Shown here: positions 1 through 9,342 of the stretch, one piece after another
How the letters are laid out: every line of letters starts with the position of its first letter
Position numbering within the stretch: position 1 is the first letter of the stretch
Assembly (NCBI GenBank): GCA_047630395.1
Contig: JBLHXM010000004.1
Coordinates: 867-64,866, forward strand
Reading direction: 5' to 3'
Length of the DNA stretch: 64,000 bases
DNA from: Dokdonia sp.
GTDB taxonomy: Bacteria; Bacteroidota; Bacteroidia; Flavobacteriales; Flavobacteriaceae
The notes under the pieces: generated by a model
Told to the model about the DNA's origin: nothing
Database searches by the model: none
The model's input: the letters and a program-made list of their open reading frames with translations, nothing else
Translations under genes and position numbers: made by a program

Positions 1-452
1 ACGCGCAAGATCCGGTAAAGGCGATTACCGCAATGATGGATGAAAATACGTCTCTAAAGAAGCAAGTAGAAGCATTGATCAAGGAAAAGGCACAAAACCT
101 GAGTGGTGATCTTGCAAATGAATTTGAGATTGTGAACGGTGTTCAGTTCTTGGCGAAGAAAGTAGATTTAGATGCAGGAGCGATTAAAGATTTGGCGTTC
201 AAATTAGGAGAAAATAAAACCGATGTTTTTATATTGTTTGGAACTGAGCAAGGTGGTAAAGCATTATTGAGCTGTTATATTTCTAAGGAACTGGTCGCTA
301 GTAAAGGTCTGAATGCAGGGACAGTGGTTCGCGAACTAGGAAAGCACATTCAAGGCGGCGGCGGCGGACAACCATTTTTTGCAACGGCAGGAGGAAAAAA
401 TCCAGATGGAATTGAAGCTGCGCTTAATGCTGCTGCAGATTTCTTGGCCTAA
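1..452 (+). CDS. alaS: alanine--tRNA ligase, C-terminal fragment (5' end lies outside the window)
   Basis: The frame is open from the window edge. The tail '[27 protein letters not shown]' is the glycine-rich DHHA1-type C-terminus typical of AlaRS. Confidence 0.8.
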   Translation, partial: AQDPVKAITAMMDENTSLKKQVEALIKEKAQNLSGDLANEFEIVNGVQFLAKKVDLDAGAIKDLAFKLGENKTDVFILFGTEQGGKALLSCYISKELVASKGLNAGTVVRELGKHIQGGGGGQPFFATAGGKNPDGIEAALNAAADFLA

Positions 453-494
453 GCAAAATTGACCGGAGATAGGGTAGCTTTGAATGATCAAAGG

Positions 495-524
495 CTCCTT
501 CCTCTCTGGGGAAGGTCTTTTTTC
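495..524 (+). terminator. putative rho-independent terminator after alaS
   Basis: Stem CCTTCC (497-502) / GGAAGG (510-515), 7-nt loop, followed by CTTTTTT. Confidence 0.5.
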
Positions 525-620
525 CAGCACTCAAAAGACAATGGAAAAAAAGGAAGAAGTCTAGGATCAGAGCATCAATAGTTATCTATAATAATCACCT
601 TTTTCTTTGCAAGCAAATCG

Positions 621-1565
621 ATGAAACTACACACCCAAATTCCATTCTTGCCTTCTAAAACCCAATTTGGGTATGAAGATAAACTCTTGATGCTGGGATC
701 TTGTTTTGCCGAGAATATGGGTGAGCAATTAGAGCATCATAAATTTCAAGTGGAGGTCAATCCTTTTGGTATTCTCTTTCATCCATTGGCCATAGAACGT
801 GTGTTGCACGATGCGCATGTAGGCGCTATATATGACAAAAATTCTGTGTTTGAGCTTGACGGTGTCTGGAAATCTTTCCTTGCTCATAGTCGGTTGAATA
901 CGGTATCACAAGGAGCTATTCTCGATAAATTGAGGATGGCACAAAAACAGTTGAGACAAGCTGTTGAAGATGCATCTCATATTTTTATCACCTTAGGGAC
1001 GGCCTGGGTGTATCAAGATATTGCTTCTGGGACGCCAGTGGCCAATTGTCATAAAGCACCCCAAAAAGCCTTTGTCAAAGGGCTCATGCCAGTGGAGCAA
1101 ATTGTAGCCAGTTTAGAACGGCAACGAGCACTTATTGCTGAAATGAATCCCAAAGCTCAGGTAGTTTTTACGGTATCACCCGTGCGTCATCTCAAGGACG
1201 GGATGGTAGAAAATAACAGGAGTAAAGCGCATTTAATTTCAGGGGTACATGCCTTAGTAAATGGCACAGATACCCATTATTTTCCGGCCTATGAATTGAT
1301 GATGGATGAGCTCAGAGACTATCGATTCTATGCATCAGATATGCTGCATCCTTCAGGGCAGGCAATTCAATATATCTGGCAGCGTTTTGTAGAGGTGTAT
1401 GCTTTCGCGAAAGCGGAATCTACTCTTAAAGAGATCACCGTGATTCAAGCAGGATTGCAACATCGCCCTTTTAACGGTAGTGGTAAGGAACATCAGACTT
1501 TTCTTCAAAAAATTCACAAACGAATTAGCGCGATTCAAGCGAGATATCCGCATATTGAATTCTAA
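621..1565 (+). CDS. GSCFA-domain protein
   Basis: 314-aa ORF with the eponymous 'LGSCFAENMG' motif near the N-terminus. It contains one exact palindrome copy (1401-1414). Confidence 0.8.
   Translation: MKLHTQIPFLPSKTQFGYEDKLLMLGSCFAENMGEQLEHHKFQVEVNPFGILFHPLAIERVLHDAHVGAIYDKNSVFELDGVWKSFLAHSRLNTVSQGAILDKLRMAQKQLRQAVEDASHIFITLGTAWVYQDIASGTPVANCHKAPQKAFVKGLMPVEQIVASLERQRALIAEMNPKAQVVFTVSPVRHLKDGMVENNRSKAHLISGVHALVNGTDTHYFPAYELMMDELRDYRFYASDMLHPSGQAIQYIWQRFVEVYAFAKAESTLKEITVIQAGLQHRPFNGSGKEHQTFLQKIHKRISAIQARYPHIEF
1401..1414. repeat. palindrome GCTTTCGCGAAAGC, exact
   Basis: Inside the GSCFA CDS, read as A-F-A-K-A. Confidence 0.95.
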
Positions 1566-1669
1566 TAGAAAGGCTCATCTTTTGACGATGTAGCATCATA
1601 GCTTAAAACACAGGACGGACTCCCTGATCAAGAGGTATTGATCTTTGAGAGTATCTATTTTTTCTACGT

Positions 1670-1990
1670 TCACGATTCTATTTTTTGATGCAAACGAAGC
1701 CAACTGCTTCCTTTTATTGCTTCGACACCTTGCCTTTTTTATTAAAGCGCGAGCAGATTCACTGCACATATCACTGGCACAGCAAGTTATCAGAGTAGGG
1801 TTCCATTTTTTATTTGATTGATCTTGGAACCAATTTCTTGCAACGGAATATACTTGGATCCAGAGATAGCACCTTGTGCATATTCTGCCGCAGTGCGAAC
1901 GTCAATAATACTAGCGTCTCTCGATTGAAAATTCTTGTTTTTTTTGTTTTTTTGCCAAAAATAGATGGAGTAATCCCCTGCTGTTGTTTT
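1670..1990 (-). pseudogene. decayed single-domain rhodanese (frameshifted)
   Basis: ORF 1790-2098(-) encodes 'ASIIDVRTAAEYAQGAISGSKYIPLQEI' but stops before the active-site loop. The loop 'ITCCASDMCSESARALIKK' and a tail 'IKGSSWLRLHQKIES*' are readable just downstream, but only in the other two frames. There is no convincing ATG. Confidence 0.4.
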
Positions 1991-2084
1991 TGGGTAAAGA
2001 TATAATAGGATCTCTAATAATAGGGAGCGGGAGGCGATTTCTTGACGATATGCAGAACGTTTTTGTTTTAGATTCAAAACCAAA

Positions 2085-2678
2085 ATGAGTATCTTCAACC
2101 CAATGAAGGCTTTAAAATCTGACCGAAAATCCGAAATTATTCATGTTGCCGCTCGCCTTTTTCGAGAACGAGGTTATAGCGCGGTGACCATGCGTGACCT
2201 TGCAACCGATCTAGGGATTAAAGCGGCGAGTCTTTACAATCATATTACCTCAAAACAGCAAATCCTAAGTGAAATCATCCTCGTAATTGCCGAAGAATTT
2301 ACGGACGGGATAGAAGAGATTGCCGCCATGGATGCGGATGCTACTGTAAAATTGAAAAAGGTAGTTGCCCAGCATATTAGCTTGACTTCTGAAAATCCTT
2401 TTGGGATGGCAGCACTTAACAATGACTGGATGCATCTTGAGGATAAACTGGAGTATTATCAGCAGTTACGTAATCAATATGAGAAACGCTTTCGCGAAAT
2501 TGTGTTAGCCGGGCAACAAGCCGGAGAATTGAAAGGGGTCAGTCATGAAATCCTCCTATTCTCTATACTCAGTACATTGCGGAATCTTTATCTATGGATT
2601 CCTAAGAAAGAGGACCTTAAAAAGGATAAATTGATCGAAGATCTAAGTGAGATTTTGCTACAAGGAGTTGTACGTTAG
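2085..2678 (+). CDS. TetR/AcrR-family transcriptional regulator, probable regulator of the paa cluster
   Basis: N-terminal HTH 'RGYSAVTMRDLATDLGIKAASLYNHITSKQQIL'. 197 aa, located directly upstream of paaE. Confidence 0.8.
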   Translation: MSIFNPMKALKSDRKSEIIHVAARLFRERGYSAVTMRDLATDLGIKAASLYNHITSKQQILSEIILVIAEEFTDGIEEIAAMDADATVKLKKVVAQHISLTSENPFGMAALNNDWMHLEDKLEYYQQLRNQYEKRFREIVLAGQQAGELKGVSHEILLFSILSTLRNLYLWIPKKEDLKKDKLIEDLSEILLQGVVR

Positions 2679-2745
2679 TATTTTAACAAATTTTATTTGC
2701 CAATGTAGCTAACAATCGTTAGTTTTGATTGATCAAAACAGATTT

Positions 2746-3819
2746 ATGGCCCAATTCTACGACCTTCATGTCAAAGATATTTACAAGGAAACTTCAGATT
2801 GTTCTGTGGTTACTTTTGACGTTCCTGAGGACTTATACTCAGATTTTGATTTCCAACAAGGACAGCATTTAACCTTGAAAGCCACGATTGACGGCCAAGA
2901 GGCTCGGCGCTCGTACAGTCTATGTTCTAGTCCTGTGGAGAAGGCATGGAAAGTGGCTGTGAAGCAAATTCCTGGAGGCTTGTTTTCAACCTTTGTTAAT
3001 GAAACCTTGAAAAAAGGAGATCGAATGGAAGTGATGGCGCCAAGTGGTAAATTTGGTGTACCCATAGATGCAGATCGCAAAAAAGAGTATGTAGTGTTTG
3101 CTGCGGGCAGTGGAATTACGCCTATTCTATCTATTATAAAAACACATTTGGCTTTGGAGCCCAATGCAACATTCAAGCTCTTCTACTTGAACCGCACTGT
3201 AAAATCTATTATCTTTAAGGAGGAGATAGAGCAGCTGCGAAATCAATATTTTGGAAGGCTTGAAATATTTTATTTCCTGACCAGAGAACAGCGTGATATT
3301 GAGCTTTTTAATGGTCGCTTTACAAGCGAAAAGCTTCAGGTACTGACCAAAACTTTAATTGATGTCGAAAGTACAGATGCTGTGTTTATCTGTGGTCCTG
3401 AAGAAATGATTTTCTTGATTAGAGATGAGCTTGTCGCTGCTGGATTAGAAAAAGAAAAAGTCCATTATGAGTTATTTGTAACAGGGCTTTCAGAAGAAGA
3501 TAAACAACGCGTCGCCCGACTTGCAGAACAGCAAGTTGAGGGGATAGAGGTAACGATCATCGATGGAGGGAAAGAATTCCATTTTACGATGACCGATGAA
3601 TATGATAATATCCTTGATGCAGCGCTTGGCGCTGGTGCCGATTTACCATTTGCATGTAAAGGGGGTGTTTGTAGTACGTGTAAATGTAGAGTAGAAGGAG
3701 GTAGTGTGGAGATGAAGGTAAACTATGCCCTGGAGGAAAAGGAGGTGGCTCAAAACTTAGTACTTAGTTGTCAAGCCGTCCCAACTTCAGATACTGTGAA
3801 AGTTAATTTTGATGTATAA
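2746..3819 (+). CDS. paaE: 1,2-phenylacetyl-CoA epoxidase reductase subunit PaaE
   Basis: FNR-like 'RRSYSL' FAD motif, 'AAGSGITP' NAD(P) motif and C-terminal plant-type 2Fe-2S '[11 protein letters not shown]...LSC'. ATG at 2746 is preferred over the TTG at 2725. Confidence 0.85.
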   Translation: MAQFYDLHVKDIYKETSDCSVVTFDVPEDLYSDFDFQQGQHLTLKATIDGQEARRSYSLCSSPVEKAWKVAVKQIPGGLFSTFVNETLKKGDRMEVMAPSGKFGVPIDADRKKEYVVFAAGSGITPILSIIKTHLALEPNATFKLFYLNRTVKSIIFKEEIEQLRNQYFGRLEIFYFLTREQRDIELFNGRFTSEKLQVLTKTLIDVESTDAVFICGPEEMIFLIRDELVAAGLEKEKVHYELFVTGLSEEDKQRVARLAEQQVEGIEVTIIDGGKEFHFTMTDEYDNILDAALGAGADLPFACKGGVCSTCKCRVEGGSVEMKVNYALEEKEVAQNLVLSCQAVPTSDTVKVNFDV

Positions 3820-3911
3820 TACGCTGTTTTGAGAATATCCGTTTTCTCTCCCCGTTGGAGAGATGCCTGAAGGGCAGAGAGGGTTTTCGCGATAGCAAAA
3901 AGAATACAGCC

Positions 3912-4871
3912 ATGAGTGAGAAAGAAGTAAAAAATTTAGAAGACATCTTCGATGCTCGTATTGAACGAGATGAAAAGATTGAACCGAAAGATTGGATGCC
4001 GGAAAAGTATCGCAAGACACATATCCGTCAGATTAGTCAGCATGCACATTCCGAAATTGTCGGGATGCTACCGGAAGGAAATTGGATTTCAAGAGCACCA
4101 TCCCTGCGCCGTAAAGTAGCGCTACTTGCCAAGGTACAGGATGAAGCTGGCCATGGATTGTATCTGTATTCGGCATGTGAAACCTTAGGGATTTCTCGTA
4201 ATGAACTCTATGAACAATTGCATTCTGGGAAAGCTAAGTATTCCTCTATTTTTAATTACCCATCTGTTACTTGGGCAGACATGGGTGCGATAGGATGGCT
4301 TGTAGATGGTGCTGCTATCATAAATCAAGTGCCATTGTGTAGCACGTCCTATGGGCCCTACGCACGCGCAATGATTCGTGTTTGTAAGGAGGAGAGTTTT
4401 CATCAACGTCAAGGGTTTGAAATTATGCTCAAACTAGCCAATGGATCTCCAGAGCAAAAGGCAATGGCACAAGACGCCTTAAATCGATGGTGGTGGCCAT
4501 CATTAATGATGTTAGGTCCTACAGATGCAGAATCGGTGCATACGGATCAATCGATGAAATGGAAGCTCAAACGTAAGACGAATGATGAATTACGTCAGCA
4601 GTTTATAGATCAAACAGTGCCTCAAGCAGACTTGCTCGGGCTTACAATTCCTGATTCCGATTTAACATGGAATGAAGAGAAGGGTCACTATGATTTTGGT
4701 GAGATTGATTGGGATGAATTTTGGCAGGTAGTCAAAGGACATGGTCCATGTAATAAAGAAAGAATGAAAGCACGTGTTGGAGCTTGGGAAGAGGGGACAT
4801 GGGTGCGTGATGCGGCCATGGCATATGCTGATAAAAAGGAAGCGCGTAAAAAAATATCAAAAGCTAGTTAA
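3912..4871 (+). CDS. paaA: 1,2-phenylacetyl-CoA epoxidase catalytic subunit PaaA
   Basis: Di-iron ligand motifs 'DEAGHGLY' and 'EESFHQRQG'. Followed by paaBCD. ATG at 3912 is preferred over the upstream ORF extension. Confidence 0.9.
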   Translation: MSEKEVKNLEDIFDARIERDEKIEPKDWMPEKYRKTHIRQISQHAHSEIVGMLPEGNWISRAPSLRRKVALLAKVQDEAGHGLYLYSACETLGISRNELYEQLHSGKAKYSSIFNYPSVTWADMGAIGWLVDGAAIINQVPLCSTSYGPYARAMIRVCKEESFHQRQGFEIMLKLANGSPEQKAMAQDALNRWWWPSLMMLGPTDAESVHTDQSMKWKLKRKTNDELRQQFIDQTVPQADLLGLTIPDSDLTWNEEKGHYDFGEIDWDEFWQVVKGHGPCNKERMKARVGAWEEGTWVRDAAMAYADKKEARKKISKAS

Positions 4872-4946
4872 TTATCAGGCATGTAGTCTTGCGTTTTTTT
4901 GCGCAGCGGTCACTGATGAATAATCTAAAACATAAATCAAAAGATA

Positions 4947-5237
4947 ATGTCGGAAAAGAAAAACTGGCCCCTTTGGGAAGTCTTCGTGCGAAGTAAGAAC
5001 GGATTAGAACATAGACATTTTGGAAGCCTGCACGCTGCTGATGCAGAGATGGCCCTCGAAAATGCTCGAGACGTATACACGCGCCGAAGTGAAGGAGTGA
5101 GTATTTGGGTGGTAGAAAGTAATAATATCACCGCCAGTAATCCAGAGCATAATGGCGAAATGTTTGATCCAGCAAATGATAAAGTATATCGTCATCCAAC
5201 TTTTTATGATTTGCCAGATGAGGTGAAGCACATGTAA
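4947..5237 (+). CDS. paaB: 1,2-phenylacetyl-CoA epoxidase subunit PaaB
   Basis: 96-aa protein with 'WPLWEVFVRSKNGLEHRHFGSLHA', the typical PaaB size and sequence. Confidence 0.9.
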   Translation: MSEKKNWPLWEVFVRSKNGLEHRHFGSLHAADAEMALENARDVYTRRSEGVSIWVVESNNITASNPEHNGEMFDPANDKVYRHPTFYDLPDEVKHM

Positions 5238-5345
5238 GGATTTACGATTTCAGAATGTTGATTTTTGATTGGCGAACATACAGTTCGAAAATTGCCAATC
5301 GTTCCTCTCCAGTCTATTTTGACTTCCTTTTCAAAAAATAATCGA

Positions 5346-6104
5346 ATGAATAATAAAGATTTATATAACTACATTCTCAACATCGCAGACAACTCCTTAA
5401 TTTTAGGTCAACGTCTTGGTGAACTATGTGGTCATGGCCCTAGTTTGGAAACAGACATCGCCTGCACCAATATTTCCTTGGATTTATTTGGGCAAGTTCG
5501 TAGCTATTACCAATACGCAGCGCAGCTTAGTGATGATGAAAATGCATCAGAAGACAGTATTGCCTTTTTGCGTTTAGAGCGTCAGTATAAAAATGTATTG
5601 CTGGTAGAACAACCGAATACAGATTTTGGGTACACGATAGCACGTCAGTTCTTTTTTGATGCGTATCATTTGCTTTTTTTAACTGAATTAGAGAAAAGCG
5701 CCGATGCTACACTGAAGGCAATCGCTAAAAAGTCCATAAAGGAAGTGAGCTACCACTGGCGGTTTTCTTCAGATTGGATGCGACGTTTGGGTGATGGAAC
5801 TCCAGAAAGCCACGAGCGTATTCAAGAGGTTGTTGGGGAATTATGGATGTACACAGACGAACTCTTCCATCATACGGATGCAGATGAGGCGATGCTCAAA
5901 GAAAACATAGGTGTAGATCTTTCCAAGCTGAAAGAGATCTACTACAAAAAGATAACAGCGGTACTGGAAGAGGCAACGATCACAGTGCCTGAGGGTAAGT
6001 ACTTCCATAAAGGAGGGAAGCAAGGGATTCATTCTGAACATATGGGCTACATTCTTTCAGATATGCAGTTTATGCAGCGTACGTATCCCAATATGCAGTG
6101 GTAA
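5346..6104 (+). CDS. paaC: 1,2-phenylacetyl-CoA epoxidase subunit PaaC
   Basis: Ferritin-like PaaA paralogue in the canonical position. Start taken at ATG 5346 (MNNKDLYNY...). Confidence 0.8.
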   Translation: MNNKDLYNYILNIADNSLILGQRLGELCGHGPSLETDIACTNISLDLFGQVRSYYQYAAQLSDDENASEDSIAFLRLERQYKNVLLVEQPNTDFGYTIARQFFFDAYHLLFLTELEKSADATLKAIAKKSIKEVSYHWRFSSDWMRRLGDGTPESHERIQEVVGELWMYTDELFHHTDADEAMLKENIGVDLSKLKEIYYKKITAVLEEATITVPEGKYFHKGGKQGIHSEHMGYILSDMQFMQRTYPNMQW

Positions 6105-6144
6105 CCAAGATTAATATTCGATAGGCGACAATGCTCCAATAGTC

Positions 6145-6642
6145 ATGACAGAAACGCAACACATAGCTCCACAATTCCTCGACATCTTGACATCTGTTTC
6201 GGATCCGGAAATTCCTGTGCTGAGCATTATGGATATGGGCGTCGTACGGGAGGCGATTGAAGTGGATGGTGTTGTAAAAGTTACGATTACACCGACGTAT
6301 TCTGGCTGTCCTGCGATGGATGTCATCGGGGATGATATTGTTACAGCTTTCGCGAAAGCGGGATTAAAAGCGACAATAACCCTTGTGCTCAGTCCCGCAT
6401 GGACCACGGACTGGATCACTCCTCGCGGCCGAAAAGCACTCGAAGATTATGGTATCGCCGCACCTTTATCGCCAGACGCGGATAAGGAAGCGTTGCTAGG
6501 AAATAAGAAAATTGTAAAATGTACAAACTGTGGCTCTACGGAAACACATTTAGTGAGTCAGTTTGGTTCAACTGCATGTAAAGCATTGTTTAAATGCGAT
6601 GTATGCCAAGAACCTTTTGATTATTTTAAATGCCTTAAATAA
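6145..6642 (+). CDS. paaD: phenylacetate degradation protein PaaD (DUF59/FeS-assembly-like)
   Basis: 'SDPEIPVLSIMDMGVVR' DUF59 motif plus a C-terminal CxxC...CxxC zinc ribbon. Contains an exact palindrome copy. Confidence 0.85.
   Translation: MTETQHIAPQFLDILTSVSDPEIPVLSIMDMGVVREAIEVDGVVKVTITPTYSGCPAMDVIGDDIVTAFAKAGLKATITLVLSPAWTTDWITPRGRKALEDYGIAAPLSPDADKEALLGNKKIVKCTNCGSTETHLVSQFGSTACKALFKCDVCQEPFDYFKCLK
6346..6359. repeat. palindrome GCTTTCGCGAAAGC, exact
   Basis: Inside paaD, read as A-F-A-K-A. Confidence 0.95.
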
Positions 6643-6643
6643 T

Positions 6644-6672
6644 TCTCCCGAAGGCGGGAATCTTGTTTTGTT
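6644..6672 (+). terminator. weak hairpin/attenuator after paaD
   Basis: Stem TCCCG (6646-6650) / CGGGA (6655-6659), loop AAGG, followed by the T-rich run TCTTGTTTTG. Confidence 0.3.
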
Positions 6673-6720
6673 AAGATATACTGTTTAATTAAAAAATACA
6701 CGCCTACGCTGGCATTAAAA

Positions 6721-7503
6721 ATGACACAACCCATACTTACCAACATAGAGAACGGTGTTGCGACTCTCAGATTAAACCGCCCAGAAGTTTTCAATAGCTT
6801 TAATCGAGAAATGGCATTATCTCTTCAGGATGAACTCGATGCCTGTGCTTCAAACGACAGTGTGAGAGCCGTCGTTCTTACAGGAAATGGTAAAGCCTTT
6901 TGTGCAGGACAAGACCTTAAAGAAGTTACAGATCCAGCATTGAATCCTGGGTTTAAGAAAATACTCGAAGAGCATTACAATCCAATCATAACAAAAATTC
7001 GCGCGATCAACAAGCCGGTGATCGCAGCGGTAAACGGTGTTGCTGCAGGGGCGGGTGCTAATATCGCATTAGCGTGTGATATTGTGATCGCTCACGAAAA
7101 AGTAAGTTTTATACAGGCATTTAGTAAAATCGGTTTGGTGCCTGATAGCGCTGGCACCTTTTTTTTACCAAGATTGATTGGCTTTGCTAAAGCGAGCGCC
7201 TTGATGATGCTTGGCGATAAAGTCTCTGCAACAGAAGCAGAAAGACTTGGAATGATATACAAAGTAACCAGCCTAGAAGATTTTGAGGTCGAGGTTCAGG
7301 CCATCGCAGGAAGGCTGGCTCAAATGCCAACCAAAGCATTAGGGATGACAAAACAATTACTCAATACATCCATGAGTAATACCTTAGAAGCTCAGCTTAC
7401 TTTAGAATCAAAATTACAAATTGAAGCTGCACAAAGTGAAGATTACGAGGAAGGTGTAGCGGCATTTGTTGGAAAAAGAAAGCCTATTTTTAAAGGTAAA
7501 TAA
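6721..7503 (+). CDS. paaG: crotonase-family enzyme, probable 1,2-epoxyphenylacetyl-CoA isomerase PaaG
   Basis: 260-aa enoyl-CoA hydratase/isomerase fold ('FCAGQDLKE', 'AAVNGVAAGAGA') immediately after paaD. Confidence 0.7.
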   Translation: MTQPILTNIENGVATLRLNRPEVFNSFNREMALSLQDELDACASNDSVRAVVLTGNGKAFCAGQDLKEVTDPALNPGFKKILEEHYNPIITKIRAINKPVIAAVNGVAAGAGANIALACDIVIAHEKVSFIQAFSKIGLVPDSAGTFFLPRLIGFAKASALMMLGDKVSATEAERLGMIYKVTSLEDFEVEVQAIAGRLAQMPTKALGMTKQLLNTSMSNTLEAQLTLESKLQIEAAQSEDYEEGVAAFVGKRKPIFKGK

Positions 7504-7510
7504 ACGAACG

Positions 7511-7580
7511 GTCACCCGGAGCTTGTCGAAGGGTTTCTATATCAAAATCAATACTACGCTTCGACAGGCTCAGCGTGACA
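7511..7580. repeat. REP/MITE-like intergenic hairpin element, copy A
   Basis: Arms GTCACCCGGAGCTTGTCGAAG (7511-7531) and CTTCGACAGGCTCAGCGTGAC (7559-7579) are an imperfect 21-bp inverted repeat. The element fills the paaG-paaH spacer. Confidence 0.8.
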
Positions 7581-7590
7581 ATGAACTACT

Positions 7591-8772
7591 ATGATAAAAA
7601 ATGTTGGAATTATAGGAGCAGGAACTATGGGTTCTGGAATCGCACAAGTAGCCGCTACGGCTGGATGCTTGGTCAAGCTCTTTGACTTAAATGAGTCGGC
7701 GCTAGAGAAAGCAAAAAAGAGTTTAGAAAAAATACTAGATCGTTTGGTTGAAAAAGGCCGTATCAATACCGATGAAAAATCGCGCATTCAAGGGAATATT
7801 TTGTATATAAATTCCCTGAAAGATCTTGCTGATGCCGACATGACGATTGAAGCTATTGTTGAAAACCTCGAGGTCAAGAGAAAAGTCTTTGCAGAATTAG
7901 AAACCTACGTCTCTGATGATTGTATTATTGCTTCAAATACCTCTAGTCTATCCATTGCTTCCATTGCTGCTTCTTTACAAAAGCCAAAGCGATGCGTTGG
8001 GATTCATTTTTTCAATCCCGCGCCATTGATGAGACTCGTTGAGGTGATTCCAGCCATTCAAACGTCCTATGAAGTGCTTGAAAAGTCAATAGATACGATT
8101 GCGAATTGGAAAAAAACAGTCGCGGTTGCTAAAGATACCCCTGGTTTTATTGTAAACCGTGTAGCAAGACCATTTTATGGAGAAGCATTGCGAATTTATG
8201 AAGAAGGAGTTGCTGATTTTGCAGCGATAGACAATGCGATGAAGAGTATCGGTGGTTTCCGAATGGGACCATTTGAATTGATGGATTTTATAGGAAATGA
8301 TGTGAATTATACGGTTACAGAAACGGTATTTGAAGCGTTCTATTTCGACCCAAGATACAAACCCTCATTTACACAAAAGCGTTTTTCAGAAGCAGGTTAC
8401 TTAGGTCGAAAATCCGGAATAGGCTATTACGAATATGATGAAAACGGAAAGAAAGTGGAGCCTTCAGTGGACAACCTGAACATCGTTGATGCGTCGATAC
8501 AAGAACAAATTTTTAATCGCATATTAGTCATGCTTATCAATGAAGCCGCAGATGCATTATTTTTAAATATCGCTTCCCCAGAAGATATAGATACTGCAAT
8601 GACCAAAGGTGTTAATTATCCCAAAGGACTACTGGCCTGGGCAGATGAAAAAGGAATCGATTGGTGCGTGAATACAATGGATGTGCTCTATGATGAATAT
8701 CGTGAGGATAGATATAGATGTTCTCCTTTGTTAAGAAGGATGAATACGGAAGGAAAGCAGTTTTTTAACTAA
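7591..8772 (+). CDS. paaH: 3-hydroxyacyl-CoA dehydrogenase (PaaH-type)
   Basis: Rossmann motif 'IGAGTMGSGIA' and HCDH N- and C-terminal domains, in paa cluster context. Confidence 0.8.
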   Translation: MIKNVGIIGAGTMGSGIAQVAATAGCLVKLFDLNESALEKAKKSLEKILDRLVEKGRINTDEKSRIQGNILYINSLKDLADADMTIEAIVENLEVKRKVFAELETYVSDDCIIASNTSSLSIASIAASLQKPKRCVGIHFFNPAPLMRLVEVIPAIQTSYEVLEKSIDTIANWKKTVAVAKDTPGFIVNRVARPFYGEALRIYEEGVADFAAIDNAMKSIGGFRMGPFELMDFIGNDVNYTVTETVFEAFYFDPRYKPSFTQKRFSEAGYLGRKSGIGYYEYDENGKKVEPSVDNLNIVDASIQEQIFNRILVMLINEAADALFLNIASPEDIDTAMTKGVNYPKGLLAWADEKGIDWCVNTMDVLYDEYREDRYRCSPLLRRMNTEGKQFFN

Positions 8773-8780
8773 ATAGAAAG

Positions 8781-8852
8781 GGCACCCTGAGCCTGTCGAT
8801 GGGAGTCTATCTGATACAATTAGCAATACGCTTTGATAGGCTCAGCGTCACA
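8781..8852. repeat. REP/MITE-like intergenic hairpin element, copy B
   Basis: GGCACCCTGAGCCTGTCGATGGG...TACGCTTTGATAGGCTCAGCGTCACA. The arms are 80-88% identical to copy A by eye and the loop is divergent. The element fills the paaH-paaI spacer. Confidence 0.75.
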
Positions 8853-8862
8853 AAATAATGCT

Positions 8863-9270
8863 ATGGAAGGAACTAAAATACCCTATAAAATGCTTTCTCA
8901 AGACGCCTATAGTCAATGGTTGGGCATAGAGATTATTGAAGCGCGATTAGGCTACGTCAAAGTAGGAATGACCATTCGTAAGGAAATGCTCAATAGCATG
9001 GACAAAGCTCATGGTGGAATTAGTTATTCACTAGCCGACACTGCTTTTGGATTTACAGCAAATACCCATGGAAAATATGCCGTTTCTATTGAGACGAGTA
9101 TCAATCATATAGAGGCTTTGGAAGAAGGTGATTATATCACGGCTGAAGCTACTGTAAACATTCAGAAGACGAAGGTAGGGTTCAATATTGTTGAAGTAAA
9201 ACGAGGCGAAGAACTCGTAGCTTTGTTTAAAGGCGTTGTATACAGAACCAGTAAAGATTGGGAAGAATAA
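8863..9270 (+). CDS. paaI: hotdog-fold acyl-CoA thioesterase PaaI
   Basis: 'KAHGGISYSLADTAFG' PaaI/4HBT-type motif. ATG at 8863 lies just after the repeat element. Confidence 0.8.
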   Translation: MEGTKIPYKMLSQDAYSQWLGIEIIEARLGYVKVGMTIRKEMLNSMDKAHGGISYSLADTAFGFTANTHGKYAVSIETSINHIEALEEGDYITAEATVNIQKTKVGFNIVEVKRGEELVALFKGVVYRTSKDWEE

Positions 9271-9342
9271 CGATTGAAGAGTATGGGTTTGAGCGGTGAG
9301 AATTGCTTTTGAAATCAGTAATTATCAATCAAATAAATCATT

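Noticed and set aside
2709-2722. CTAAC-AATC-GTTAG upstream of paaE as the TetR operator.
   Set aside because: The arms are only 5 bp, which is too short to distinguish from chance. It is mentioned only as a place to start footprinting.
3855-3911. N-terminal extensions offered by the ORF track (3855, 5265, 8833, 2725, 14632, 17040, 24380, 29252, 33705, 42983, 44592, 48627, 51214).
   Set aside because: Internal ATGs give proteins that begin at conserved N-termini or signal peptides. They also remove overlaps with repeats or neighbouring genes. The extensions run through intergenic repeat elements or use non-ATG starts.
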